NCBI GenBank assembly: GCA_937920105.1
Contig: CALETH010000028.1
Location: 19,273-83,272, forward strand
DNA: 64,000 nucleotides
Direction of reading: 5' to 3'
DNA from: an uncultured Bacteroidota bacterium
Lineage (GTDB): Bacteria; Bacteroidota; Ignavibacteria; UBA10030; UBA8401
Shown here: in pieces, positions 29,088-38,958 of the stretch
Position numbering within the stretch: the stretch's first letter is position 1
Layout of the letters: every line of letters begins with the position of its first letter
Notes under the pieces: model-generated
The model's input: the letters and a program-made list of their open reading frames with translations, nothing else
Databases searched by the model: none
Told to the model about the DNA's origin: nothing
Program-made: the position numbers and the translations under genes

Positions 29088-30317
29088 TTATTCCAATGGC
29101 AATACAATAAAAAACTCATTCATCTGATTTTCACTCACACGATATCCCAACGTACCGTTGTGTTTTTCTATCATCATTTTTGAGTAATGAAGTCCAATGC
29201 CTTTGCTGTACACTGAATGTTTTTCTGGTGAAGCATATTTTTCAAACAACGTTGTTTGCTGTTCTTCAGAAATAACTTCTCCAGAATTACGGAATGAGAA
29301 AATTACTTCCCTATTTTTTGTAATAATATCTATTTCGATACTTCCATCCTGCTTTGTATGTTGATACGCATTGGAAAGAAGATTTTCCCACACTAACTCT
29401 ATATATTGACGGTCTACCAAAGCACTATCATTTTTATCATAAGACATGGTAAAACGAATATTTTTTTCTTGAAATTTTGTTTCCCAATTTTTTTTGATGC
29501 CTTCTACTATTTCTTCTATTTGAATTTTCTCTTTTCTCAAATATAATTCTGTTTCCGAAAAAACATTAATGAGATTTCCCACCATTCTATTAATATGCTT
29601 TTGGTCATCCAAAAGACCTTCTATTCTTTTATCACTTCCATTACGCAATTTTAATGATGATAGATGAATAATACTTGTCTGAATTTTATTTTTAACATCA
29701 TGAGCAAATACTTTTATAAAATATTGATTCTTTTGATTGGTTGCTTGTTCTCTCTTTCGCAAATTATTAATAAAAATATTATACAATCCTCCCATAATAA
29801 TAGAAAAGATGAGAGAAATGGATACAATGTACATCTGCAAAAAATTTATTGGTACACCTGAAAGTACTGTTAAAAGGTTATGTAAAAAAAGTGAAACAAT
29901 TGCAGGAAGGAAAAATTCTTTTCCTGTGGATTCTGCCATAATTGCGATTGCGGTATTGCAAATAATAATGATTCCAAAATACGGACTGTAAAATCCTTCG
30001 CCTGAAACAATTGTCATCAACGTTATACTCATACAAGCAAATAAATATCCTACGATAATCAGAGGAGAAATATATTTTTCCAAAATTTTTGTCCGCAAAC
30101 AAAATATTGCAACACAATAGATAATAAACGATGAACGAATTATAAGAAATGCTTCCCAATGGTTGTGATAATATATCACATCCATAATAAAGTATGCAAG
30201 GAAATATGCCAGTGCGGCAGTGATATGAAGAAACGCTGAAAGATTTTGTCTATCGGTGAGTTTGATTTTTTCTGTAGAAAAATCAAAAGAAGAAATTATT
30301 TTTGAAGAATTTATCAT
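29088..30317 (-). CDS. Membrane sensor histidine kinase (multi-TM N-terminus); no cognate regulator nearby
   Basis: At least 6 predicted TM helices, then HisKA (FAHDVKNKIQTSIIHLSSL) and HATPase_c (NSGEVISEEQ...GIGLHYSKMMIEKHNGTL). Start set at the internal MINSS. Confidence 0.7.
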   Translation of the reverse strand: MINSSKIISSFDFSTEKIKLTDRQNLSAFLHITAALAYFLAYFIMDVIYYHNHWEAFLIIRSSFIIYCVAIFCLRTKILEKYISPLIIVGYLFACMSITLMTIVSGEGFYSPYFGIIIICNTAIAIMAESTGKEFFLPAIVSLFLHNLLTVLSGVPINFLQMYIVSISLIFSIIMGGLYNIFINNLRKREQATNQKNQYFIKVFAHDVKNKIQTSIIHLSSLKLRNGSDKRIEGLLDDQKHINRMVGNLINVFSETELYLRKEKIQIEEIVEGIKKNWETKFQEKNIRFTMSYDKNDSALVDRQYIELVWENLLSNAYQHTKQDGSIEIDIITKNREVIFSFRNSGEVISEEQQTTLFEKYASPEKHSVYSKGIGLHYSKMMIEKHNGTLGYRVSENQMNEFFIVLPLE

Positions 30318-30324
30318 GCAAGAA

Positions 30325-31500
30325 TTATTCGTGATATGCCAAACTTGAACCAACCCATCGTTGACCTTTGTTGAATGCAACTCCCATCATTTTTCCTTTA
30401 CTCATTCGCACAAGATTATTGACTAACATTGGTTTTTCATTCCAGATAAACATCATTCTGATTTCTGCTTTGGAAAATCCTTCCGGAGTTTCTACAAGTG
30501 GTGTATATTCTACTTTTTTTTGTAAAAGATAATGCTCTTTATTTTGAATTGCAGAAAGTTTTTCTGGTGTTACTTCTACTTCAACTCCTAAACCAGCAAA
30601 TGAATACAGTGGTTTCAAAACGTAGTTTTGTAAGTCGAAAGGGAGATTTTTTATTTCACTCAATATATAAGCAGGTGGAACGTACTGGCTTTTCAAAAAT
30701 GGCAGTGTGTGTTTGCTAATTCTAAAATACCAGTTTGGATGTCCGAGCCATTCTACATCCAACTCTTCAGTAAAACGAAATTCGCATGGTGGATTTTTTC
30801 GTTCTAATTCATCAAAAATTACTCTATTATAAATTCGTTCAATAGGAATTTCTTTTCCGTTTTTGTAATAAAATAATTTCTTGCCTCGTTTTTTTATTTT
30901 GGTTACACAAACGGATTCTATTCCAAGCAGTGTTTCTGTGCAAGCAAAATCTATTCTCGTTTTTTGATTTTCCGGTTCTATTTCTAATAGAATAACATTT
31001 TCAGAATTGCTTTTTCCAAGGATGGTTTTCTTTAAAAGTTGCAAATATGTTTCATCATTCAATCCACTAAAATATGTTGTGTAATTTTGTGGGATGGAAA
31101 AATATTTTTCAGTTGTTTTTTTGAGGAATGGTTGAAAACCATAGAGCGATGGAAAGCCCTGTAGTTCTATTAATTGCGGAAAAAATTCTCCGTTTTCATT
31201 TTTACAAATAGCAAAATCTACTTGTAGAAATATGGGATGTGATGTTTCGTTGGGAACGATGAGATGCTGAGGAATTGCTTTTGTAGAATAGTCAAAAAAT
31301 GTTTTGGTTTGTAATTGATTGACTATCTCGTACGAGGCATCAACAAGTTTTTGTGTTAATTCTTTGGAGAGAAAAAGTGGCGTTTCGGAAACTGCAAAAT
31401 CTATTGGATATTTATAGGTAGTGTGAAGTTCTTGCATGAATGCCGAATATGTTTTTTCAGAAAATTCGGCGTTGTATTTTTTTCGTAAGGAAGGGAGCAT
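30325..31500 (-). CDS. Hypothetical protein (391 aa), possible ATP-grasp-like C-terminal region
   Basis: C-terminal YVLKPLYSFAGLGVEV resembles the ATP-grasp / glutathionylspermidine-synthetase-like nucleotide-binding loop. Otherwise unassigned. Confidence 0.3.
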   Translation of the reverse strand: MLPSLRKKYNAEFSEKTYSAFMQELHTTYKYPIDFAVSETPLFLSKELTQKLVDASYEIVNQLQTKTFFDYSTKAIPQHLIVPNETSHPIFLQVDFAICKNENGEFFPQLIELQGFPSLYGFQPFLKKTTEKYFSIPQNYTTYFSGLNDETYLQLLKKTILGKSNSENVILLEIEPENQKTRIDFACTETLLGIESVCVTKIKKRGKKLFYYKNGKEIPIERIYNRVIFDELERKNPPCEFRFTEELDVEWLGHPNWYFRISKHTLPFLKSQYVPPAYILSEIKNLPFDLQNYVLKPLYSFAGLGVEVEVTPEKLSAIQNKEHYLLQKKVEYTPLVETPEGFSKAEIRMMFIWNEKPMLVNNLVRMSKGKMMGVAFNKGQRWVGSSLAYHE

Positions 31501-31508
31501 AAATTTAA

Positions 31509-32285
31509 TTATTGATTGTATCGTGAAAAATAATTATCTATTTCGGTTCGTAGTTCAATTCCAACTTTTTCAAAAATAGTAAGTAATTGTTGATATGTAC
31601 CTTCTCCACCAAGAAAATCCCAAAATTCGTTTGCTACTTTTAACTCATTTTCTAAATCCAACATTCCTCTCATTGTCCAACGATTATAGGGTTGCGGTTC
31701 ATACGGATTATACGGTATTGCGACAAGTGAATGAACTTTTGCTTTTGGCTCATTGGCAAGTGTTACAGCTACCCACTCTAAAAGAGTTCGTTTAAATTCT
31801 TTAAAACCGCCTGCATTGGGTTTTGCTGTTTTTATATCAAAAAGAAAAATTTGATTATTCTTATCTACTAATTTTATATCTACTTTTGTTGGTTTTACAG
31901 TAATCATTTTTCCTTTTCTACAAACATTTCTAATTTTTTCTATTTCTGAATTTTTATTTGGTGAGGTTTTTGCTGTCGTAAGTCCATCCATAATTTGTTG
32001 GATAACTTTTTGTGCTTCTTCACTTATTTCAGTTCCTGCTGTTGCTTGTGATGTTACTTCTTTAAAATTTGTTAATGCTAAGGCCACAGCGACTGGCTCA
32101 AAAATGCTTGTACCAAAATTTGTATTAAGAGAATGTATAAATGAAAACAACGCCATTCTATCTTTACCTAAAAGACGTGTATGAAATGGCATTGATGCTG
32201 GTTCTGGCTTATAGTTTTGAAATTTACGTCGTAAATTTTCTTTAAGAACAGTTTCTATTTGTTGAATTTGTAATTTTTCTAACAA
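31509..32285 (-). CDS. Putative Type II restriction endonuclease (PD-DxK)
   Basis: Overlaps the 3' end of the methyltransferase gene by 7 bp. KLVD-x9-DIK fits a PD-(D/E)xK core. Confidence 0.5.
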   Translation of the reverse strand: MLEKLQIQQIETVLKENLRRKFQNYKPEPASMPFHTRLLGKDRMALFSFIHSLNTNFGTSIFEPVAVALALTNFKEVTSQATAGTEISEEAQKVIQQIMDGLTTAKTSPNKNSEIEKIRNVCRKGKMITVKPTKVDIKLVDKNNQIFLFDIKTAKPNAGGFKEFKRTLLEWVAVTLANEPKAKVHSLVAIPYNPYEPQPYNRWTMRGMLDLENELKVANEFWDFLGGEGTYQQLLTIFEKVGIELRTEIDNYFSRYNQ

Positions 32286-33865
32286 GACTTTACTTCTTTC
32301 AAATGAAAAATTATTTCCGCATACGCTGTTTTATCTTTTTCTGTACGGTTTAATACGGGACGTTTAAATTGATTAACGATTTTCATTTCTGCTTTTTCTG
32401 CAATTATTGGATATAAGTTAAATTTATCATTAGAAACTAAAAATATATTATAATTTTCTTCTAAATATTGTTTGCAATTATTTAATACAGCGGAAATTCC
32501 ATCCACATATAAACGTTGTGCTTCTTTTGTTTGTTTTTTTGCAAGTGGTCCTATTTCCAATTCATCATTTCGCTCAAAACCAAATAAATCGTATGCGTAC
32601 GCATGTTGTTCATGATAATCAATTAATCCAACATACGGAGGCGAAGAAAAAATTCCTTGAATTTTCTTTTCTTTTACTATTGCAGCAAATGCTGGAAATA
32701 TTTTTTGCAGTTGTTTATAAATATCAATAGTACGAGAATCTCCTGTTAAACATATTTGATTGGTATTTGTTCGTAGTGAGGTAAATTCGCTTAATCGTTT
32801 TATGGTATCTTTGGAATATCGTTCCCACCAATCATACATAGAAAAAAGCGGTTTACAAATTTTTCCATGTTTTGCACAATAATAAGTACTGGTAATTGGT
32901 TCAATTAATGTTGCTAAATCAGCATGAGTTGTTGCCCTACAAGTTCTCACCGTTCTACTTAAAATAATACTTACTATTTTTTTAACTTGTGAATTTTTGA
33001 TGGATTTTACTAATTCAAAAACAAAATCGATTTCTTTTCTTACTGGATACAAGTACCATGTATCCAAAAAAGTTTTTTTGTTTTTTTGCTGTATTTGAAT
33101 AGAAAATTGTTTTACTAGTTTTTGAAATATGGGTTGGAATTTTTGAACTTTATCTTGTGTGTATTCCAATTCATTTATTTTTTTTTCTTTCAGCCAATGT
33201 TTATAATCGGGTGATGGAAAGTATGTGTTATTAAAGGTGGTGAGTTTTTCTAGAAGTGCTTCCTCAAATTGTCTGTTGGAATGACTTGCAATAAATTGTT
33301 GTAGTTTGGAAGAAATATTTTTTACTTCAATAAGTATATCTGATAAATTATAATGAGCAATTTTTGCATTGGAAATGTGTGTATTAAATGCAGAAACATC
33401 TATACCAATTGCATGAATTCCTAATTCATTGGCTTGCACTAAAGTTGTTCCACTTCCACAAAATGGGTCAAGAACAATATCTCCTGCTTGAAAATATTTT
33501 TCTTTTTTAAATTCATCTGTATGATTATCTAAAAAATATTCCACAAGTTGTGGAATAAATTTTCCTTTATAAGGATGTAATCGATGAACATGTTTTGTAG
33601 TTTCTGCTTCTTTTAAATAATCAAATGATAAATTCCAATTCAAATCATTGCCAAGTTGTTTTTTCCAATTTAATTCTCGTTTTCCGTAAAATGATTCATA
33701 GTATTTACGTAATTCATCTTTTTTAATCAAAGGATTTCCATTATTACCTACTTTTTTAATTTTTCCGTAATTAATCAAATAAGTAATATTAGACGTTGTT
33801 ACATTTTTGTTCAAATGTTCCGACGCCCAAATGCTTGCTTCTTTTATTGTTAAAAAATCGTTCAT
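32279..33865 (-). CDS. DNA methyltransferase (amino-MTase, alpha-like order) with an N-terminal HTH-like region
   Basis: Motif I VLDPFCGSGTT (~residue 130) preceded by HRLHPYKGKFIPQLVEYFL. Motif IV SSPPY lies near the C-terminus. Confidence 0.8.
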   Translation of the reverse strand: MNDFLTIKEASIWASEHLNKNVTTSNITYLINYGKIKKVGNNGNPLIKKDELRKYYESFYGKRELNWKKQLGNDLNWNLSFDYLKEAETTKHVHRLHPYKGKFIPQLVEYFLDNHTDEFKKEKYFQAGDIVLDPFCGSGTTLVQANELGIHAIGIDVSAFNTHISNAKIAHYNLSDILIEVKNISSKLQQFIASHSNRQFEEALLEKLTTFNNTYFPSPDYKHWLKEKKINELEYTQDKVQKFQPIFQKLVKQFSIQIQQKNKKTFLDTWYLYPVRKEIDFVFELVKSIKNSQVKKIVSIILSRTVRTCRATTHADLATLIEPITSTYYCAKHGKICKPLFSMYDWWERYSKDTIKRLSEFTSLRTNTNQICLTGDSRTIDIYKQLQKIFPAFAAIVKEKKIQGIFSSPPYVGLIDYHEQHAYAYDLFGFERNDELEIGPLAKKQTKEAQRLYVDGISAVLNNCKQYLEENYNIFLVSNDKFNLYPIIAEKAEMKIVNQFKRPVLNRTEKDKTAYAEIIFHLKEVKSC

Positions 33866-33878
33866 TGTTCTAAAATAG

Positions 33879-33950
33879 ATTCCTCGCTACGCTCCCGATA
33901 AGTCCCGCTTTGGCGGGATAAATACGGGACAGGTCGGAATGACAAATTTT
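33879..33950. repeat. GC-rich hairpin cluster (GATTCC...GTCCCGCTTTGGCGGGAT...GGAATGAC)
   Basis: Member of the GTCATTCCCGC family with a nested GTCCCGC/GCGGGAT hairpin. Confidence 0.5.
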
Positions 33951-33981
33951 TATTATCCTTCCTAATTCTGACTTCTTACTT

Positions 33982-34995
33982 CTACATTAAAAACTTTCCT
34001 TTTTCCATAATTTTTTCGTCGTCCATCCAAATATCAAAATTGCGACCAACGCAATCTATGTGTGTGGTGGAAATCCATGTTTGGCCAGTGTGTTCTGCGT
34101 AAGGATGTCCGAAGGCAATGTGAATTCCGGGGATTTTTTCATCTTGCAAAATATTTCCTATCACATTTTTTATGGCGATGTTTGTTCCAATAGCAAATTC
34201 TCCAACACGATTACTGTTTTCATCAGTGTTGGTGTAGGCAGTAAATTCTTGTAATAGTTCTTTATTACTGCATTCTATTTTTGCGATACGATTTTCTACT
34301 ATATCTATATAGACTGGAGTTTTTTGTATATCTCCATATTTTTGGCAAAGATAATCTCCTACTACACCATCAACAACAAATTTTCCGTTGGTATTTTGTG
34401 GGGATGTGAAAATTTCTCCTCCGGGAAGATTCCCCCATTTTTCCGGTGTAATAATTCCGCTGGTTTTTAACCATTTAAGATTGGGTGAAAATGTTGCTAT
34501 AATATTGGTTCCTGCGGGTGTTGTGGCTTTAATGATTTTTGTTTGACGTGCTTTTTCTACTAATTTTTGACTGATTGCATCGACTTGTAAAAAATCTGCC
34601 TGCATTCCTTCTAACATTATTTGCTTATCTATATTGACCATGTGTCCGTGACGAATTTTGTGTTGTCCTACCACTTTCGTCATTTGAATTCGTGAGCCAA
34701 GTTCTCCTGTTTGTACCATGCAAGCAAATATACTGACTTGCGATTTTGCAAGGTCTTCCAAAATTGGTTGCGGCATATCTTTTAATGGTCGTTGTGCGTA
34801 ATCTTCCAATACAAAAACGCTGTATTCTGAGCCAACTTTTTCTATTTCATGGATGAGTGCTGAAGCGATTTCTATTGATTTTCTATCGGTAATCAATGTC
34901 ATTCGTTCGTTTGGTTTGAGGCGAAGACACACGTTGATTGCATTATATGCTCCTTTACTTAATCGTGTGTCAAATGTTACGGTTGTTTCTGTCAT
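33982..34995 (-). CDS. M29-family aminopeptidase (AmpS/PepS-like)
   Basis: 337 aa. The ...GIHIAFGHPY... and VVDGVVGDY segments are typical of thermophilic-type M29 aminopeptidases. Confidence 0.65.
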   Translation of the reverse strand: MTETTVTFDTRLSKGAYNAINVCLRLKPNERMTLITDRKSIEIASALIHEIEKVGSEYSVFVLEDYAQRPLKDMPQPILEDLAKSQVSIFACMVQTGELGSRIQMTKVVGQHKIRHGHMVNIDKQIMLEGMQADFLQVDAISQKLVEKARQTKIIKATTPAGTNIIATFSPNLKWLKTSGIITPEKWGNLPGGEIFTSPQNTNGKFVVDGVVGDYLCQKYGDIQKTPVYIDIVENRIAKIECSNKELLQEFTAYTNTDENSNRVGEFAIGTNIAIKNVIGNILQDEKIPGIHIAFGHPYAEHTGQTWISTTHIDCVGRNFDIWMDDEKIMEKGKFLM

Positions 34996-35030
34996 AGTTT
35001 TCAGTTATGAGTTATTAGTTATAAGTTTAT

Positions 35031-36515
35031 TTATTTTATCATTATCATTTTTTTTGTTTCAGAAAATTTGCCTGCTGTGAGACGGTAATAATATATTCCA
35101 CTTGTTAATGATGAAGCATTAAATGGTATTTGATATGCTCCTGCTTGCATTTCTTGATTGAGTAATGTTGTTATTTCTTTTCCTAAAATATTGTACACTT
35201 TTAAAATTACTTTTTCATTGGTGGGGATTTGAAATTGTATTTCTGTGGTTGGGTTAAATGGATTGGGATAGTTTTGTTGTAGTGTATAATTTTCTGGGAT
35301 ATTTATTAATTCTCTCTTTATTGTTGTAATTGTATTCCCTTTATTTAACACAATTGCTATTTGATTTTTTGTATATACTTCAGTAAATCGAGTAGCAATA
35401 ATATCTTGGTAATTATCATTGTTAATATCTGCTACTTGAAATGATGTAAGTGTATCAATTCCTAATTTTACTGGAATTGGATTTTGAAATGTTCCATTTC
35501 CATTACCTAATAAATACCACAATGTATCTGATATAATACCTTTCAGAGGAGTAAATGTAGTTGCTACAAAAATATCAAGTTTTCCATCATTATTAAAATC
35601 TCCTACTTGTGGTTGTATTTCACCAAGGTTTAGATTGGTTTTAGTAGAAATTAAAGAAGATGAAAAATCTCCTACTCCTGTACCAAATTGTACTTTTACT
35701 GTATCCGTGAAACGGATTTGAGAAACTAAATCTGGAATACCATCATTATTAAAATCTCCAATGTTGGAATTAAATCCTATTAAATAAGTTTTTTTAGTAA
35801 ATACCCCATTTGTTTCTTGTTTATACCAATGACCTGAGCCTTTTAGAATATCTATTCTTCCATCATTATCAAAATCTGTAAATTGTATCCATCCTACTCC
35901 ACCTCCTACATCAGGATGAGAAACTCTTGTAAATGTATTATCATGATTATTGTAATATATTCGAAGTGCTGATGAAAATTGGCTTTGTGCTTCATTAAAT
36001 GTTAAAATGATATCTTGATAACCATCATTATTAATATCAACACAACGAAGAACTTGAATATTATTACAGGTATCAGTAAAAAAGAATGTGTCTGCAATTG
36101 CACCAACTGGGTCAATTCCCATAAATATTGCCAAACCATTTCCTCCGCTACTAATAACATCCATTTTACCATCATTGTTTATGTCGGCAATATCGTACAT
36201 CAAACCATTGGAAAATACAAAATTTGTATTAACTGTGTGAGGAAAAATCTGTTCTGGTTGAAAAGTTCCATTACTATTTCCTTGTAAAACGTTATAAAAA
36301 ATACTTGTTTGAGGAACAAGCATCCCACTACTATCTCTGTAAATAGTATTTGTTCCACCAATAATATCTACTTTTCCATCATTATCGTAATCTCTGATTA
36401 AGAAATAATTTGGGTAACCATTGTATTGATAATGTGTTGGTGTTGTTTCAAATCCTTTCCATTGAGCAAAAAGATTGATGGTTATAAAAAACAGTAATAC
36501 AAATTTTTTTATCAT
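35031..36515 (-). CDS. FG-GAP/VCBS repeat protein with a T9SS C-terminal sorting domain
   Basis: Repeated D[IF]NNDG[KYRI].D[IV] motifs (six or more). C-terminus YPNPFNPTTEIQFQIP...KVYNILGKEITTLLN...YYYRLTAGKFSETKKMIMIK. Confidence 0.8.
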   Translation of the reverse strand: MIKKFVLLFFITINLFAQWKGFETTPTHYQYNGYPNYFLIRDYDNDGKVDIIGGTNTIYRDSSGMLVPQTSIFYNVLQGNSNGTFQPEQIFPHTVNTNFVFSNGLMYDIADINNDGKMDVISSGGNGLAIFMGIDPVGAIADTFFFTDTCNNIQVLRCVDINNDGYQDIILTFNEAQSQFSSALRIYYNNHDNTFTRVSHPDVGGGVGWIQFTDFDNDGRIDILKGSGHWYKQETNGVFTKKTYLIGFNSNIGDFNNDGIPDLVSQIRFTDTVKVQFGTGVGDFSSSLISTKTNLNLGEIQPQVGDFNNDGKLDIFVATTFTPLKGIISDTLWYLLGNGNGTFQNPIPVKLGIDTLTSFQVADINNDNYQDIIATRFTEVYTKNQIAIVLNKGNTITTIKRELINIPENYTLQQNYPNPFNPTTEIQFQIPTNEKVILKVYNILGKEITTLLNQEMQAGAYQIPFNASSLTSGIYYYRLTAGKFSETKKMIMIK

Positions 36516-37634
36516 TTATTTTTGTAATCCTGATGTTGTTTCGCTAACAATGTAATCTACAACGGCTCGCATATCACGAGTTTTTTCCCATACTTTTACT
36601 TGTCTATCAGCACCAGTTCCATTGTTGAGCATTTCGTACACGTAATTTATTTCTTCACGACTTCCTAAATCGTCAACAACGTCATCGACAAATTCCAAAA
36701 GTTCATTAATGAGTGTGTTGGTTGGTACTTCTTCTTGTTTTCCGAAATCTATAAGTTTTCCGGAAATTCCATACCGTGCAGCTCGCCAACGGTTTTCATT
36801 AATTAATCTCCCTTTATAAATTCTAAATCCGAGATTTTGTTTGAAGAGTTTGTAGAGTTTTGCAGTTACTGCTTGCATGAGTGCCGCAAGTGCGATGGTT
36901 TCATCAACTCGCATGGGAATATCACAAATTCTCCATTCTAATGTGTGAAACATTGGATGCAAACGTATATCCCACCAGATTTTTTTTGGATTATCAATAC
37001 AGTTGGTTTTTACTAAAAGTTTTACATATTCTTCGTACTCAGAAAGACTTTCAAAAACATCGGGAACTCCTGTGCGGGGAAAGCGTTCAAAAATTTTTAT
37101 ACGATAGGATTTAAATCCCGTGTTGCTTCCTTCCCAAAATGGTGAGTTGGTGGAAAGTGCAAAAATATGCGGGATAAAATATCGTGCGGTATTCATAATT
37201 TGAATTGCTGTTTCACGGTCAGGCATTCCAACATGAACATGCAATCCGAAAATGAGATTGGCTCTCGCAATTTGCTGCATATCTTCTACAATAATTTTGT
37301 AGCGGATGCCATCGGTAATTTTTTGGTCTTCCCATCGTGAAAAGGGATGTGTTCCTGCAGCAGCAATTCGCATTCCTGCACGTTCGGCAAGCTTGGCAAG
37401 TTCTGTCCGCAGTTTTATTACTTCTCTTCGTGCTTCGGAAATATTTTTGCAAACGTCTGTTCCGACTTCCACAACGGATTGGTGCATTTCTGGTTTGACA
37501 TTTTCTTTGAGTATCATTTTCCCATCTTCCAAAATTTGCTGGATATGAGAATGAAGTTCTCGTGTTGCTGGATTGACGATTTGAAATTCTTCCTCTATGC
37601 CGAGGGTGAATTGTTCGCTTGGGAGTTTTTTCAT
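36516..37634 (-). CDS. YbdK-type carboxylate-amine ligase (GCS2 family)
   Basis: FTLGIEEEFQIV N-terminus and overall GCS2 layout, 372 aa. Confidence 0.8.
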   Translation of the reverse strand: MKKLPSEQFTLGIEEEFQIVNPATRELHSHIQQILEDGKMILKENVKPEMHQSVVEVGTDVCKNISEARREVIKLRTELAKLAERAGMRIAAAGTHPFSRWEDQKITDGIRYKIIVEDMQQIARANLIFGLHVHVGMPDRETAIQIMNTARYFIPHIFALSTNSPFWEGSNTGFKSYRIKIFERFPRTGVPDVFESLSEYEEYVKLLVKTNCIDNPKKIWWDIRLHPMFHTLEWRICDIPMRVDETIALAALMQAVTAKLYKLFKQNLGFRIYKGRLINENRWRAARYGISGKLIDFGKQEEVPTNTLINELLEFVDDVVDDLGSREEINYVYEMLNNGTGADRQVKVWEKTRDMRAVVDYIVSETTSGLQK

Positions 37635-37679
37635 AATGTTTTTTTTAGAATTCAGAAGTCAGAATTCTGAATTCAGTTT

Positions 37680-37914
37680 TTATTTAGTTTTTGAATTATA
37701 AATTGCTTTCATATATCCTGTTAATAATTTACTTACCTCTTCTAAATTTTCAAAAAGTTCATTGGTATTTGCATAATGCAAGTCAGAAATCAAAATGAGA
37801 TAATATCGGCATTCTTCCAGCGAACCTTGTGCAATATTATACAGATAAAACAAATTGATGTGCTTTTTGCCAAACAATTAAATCTTTAAAAGTTTTCGCT
37901 GTTTCGTTTTGCAT
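37680..37914 (-). pseudogene. Degraded four-helix-bundle protein gene (23S rRNA IVS protein family)
   Basis: Frame A reads MQNETAKTFKDLIVWQKAHQFVLSV*. Frame B then reads NIAQGSLEECRYYL...LTGYMKAI. The N- and C-terminal signatures of the family are present, but about 35 aa are missing and there is a frameshift between them. Confidence 0.55.
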
Positions 37915-37950
37915 ACTAATTCTGATTTCTGAATTCCGACTTCTGTATTC

Positions 37951-38904
37951 TTATAAAGATTTTCCACCCGCAAATGCTTTCACAAATTTTCCCCAGGTAA
38001 GATTATTTTGGCCGGGTTTGTGTTCTTTTGCTTTTTGGATAAGCATGTTTGCTGCTGCTTCAAGTACCCAATCAAAATTTTCTTGTCCAACAGAATTTAC
38101 ATCTGCATCGGGTGCGGGATTGCAGAAATCTATTGCTAAAGGTACACCATCTCGCACAGCAAATTCTACAGTATTAAAATCGTAACCCAATGCTTGGTTA
38201 AGTGCGAGTGTATCTTTTTCTACTCGTTCTAACAATTTTTTTGCAACCGGTGGTCCATTTTTTACATAACGGAGATGGTGTGGATTGCGTGGTTCGTATT
38301 GCATGATGCGGACATCTTTTCCACCAATGCAATAGCAACGAAAATATTCTGTGAAGATGACTTCTTCTTGCAACATCATTACAAGTTGTCCGGTTTCATT
38401 GTAGGCTTTGAAAAATTCTTCGTAGCTGCTGAGTTTGTAAACATTTTTCCAACCACCGCCGGCGAATGGTTTGAAGTATGCGGGAAATCCGACATAGTTA
38501 AAAATTCCTTCCCAATCTAATGGATAGGCGAGATTTCTCATGGAACGTTCGTTGGTATCGGGTGGATGTTGGTTAGATGGTAAGAGTACAGTTTTTGGTA
38601 CGGCAACTCCGATTTTTGTGGCAAGTGCGTTGTTAAAAAATTTTTCATCGGCGCTCCACCAAAATGGATTGTTGACTACTGCTGTTCCGCTGAGTGCTGC
38701 GTTTTTTAAATATCCGCGATAAAATGGGATGTCTTGCGAAATGCGGTCTAAGATAACATCGTACTGGCATTGTTCGCCTTGTACTACTTTATCTATGCGG
38801 ACAAATTCTGCGGTGATTCCTTTTTCTTTTTTTGAGTTGATGCGTTCTACTAATGCTGGCGGAAAGGTGTTTTCCTGCCCAAAGAGGATTCCGATTTTTT
38901 TCAT
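37951..38904 (-). CDS. ATP-grasp-family ligase (RimK/GshB-like)
   Basis: 317 aa. GFPAYFKPFAGGGWKNV ATP-binding loop and overall ATP-grasp layout. Confidence 0.65.
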   Translation of the reverse strand: MKKIGILFGQENTFPPALVERINSKKEKGITAEFVRIDKVVQGEQCQYDVILDRISQDIPFYRGYLKNAALSGTAVVNNPFWWSADEKFFNNALATKIGVAVPKTVLLPSNQHPPDTNERSMRNLAYPLDWEGIFNYVGFPAYFKPFAGGGWKNVYKLSSYEEFFKAYNETGQLVMMLQEEVIFTEYFRCYCIGGKDVRIMQYEPRNPHHLRYVKNGPPVAKKLLERVEKDTLALNQALGYDFNTVEFAVRDGVPLAIDFCNPAPDADVNSVGQENFDWVLEAAANMLIQKAKEHKPGQNNLTWGKFVKAFAGGKSL

Positions 38905-38958
38905 GGTGTTTCCTTTCTAAAAATATAAATGAATAATTTTTACTTTTTCAATTTTAAA

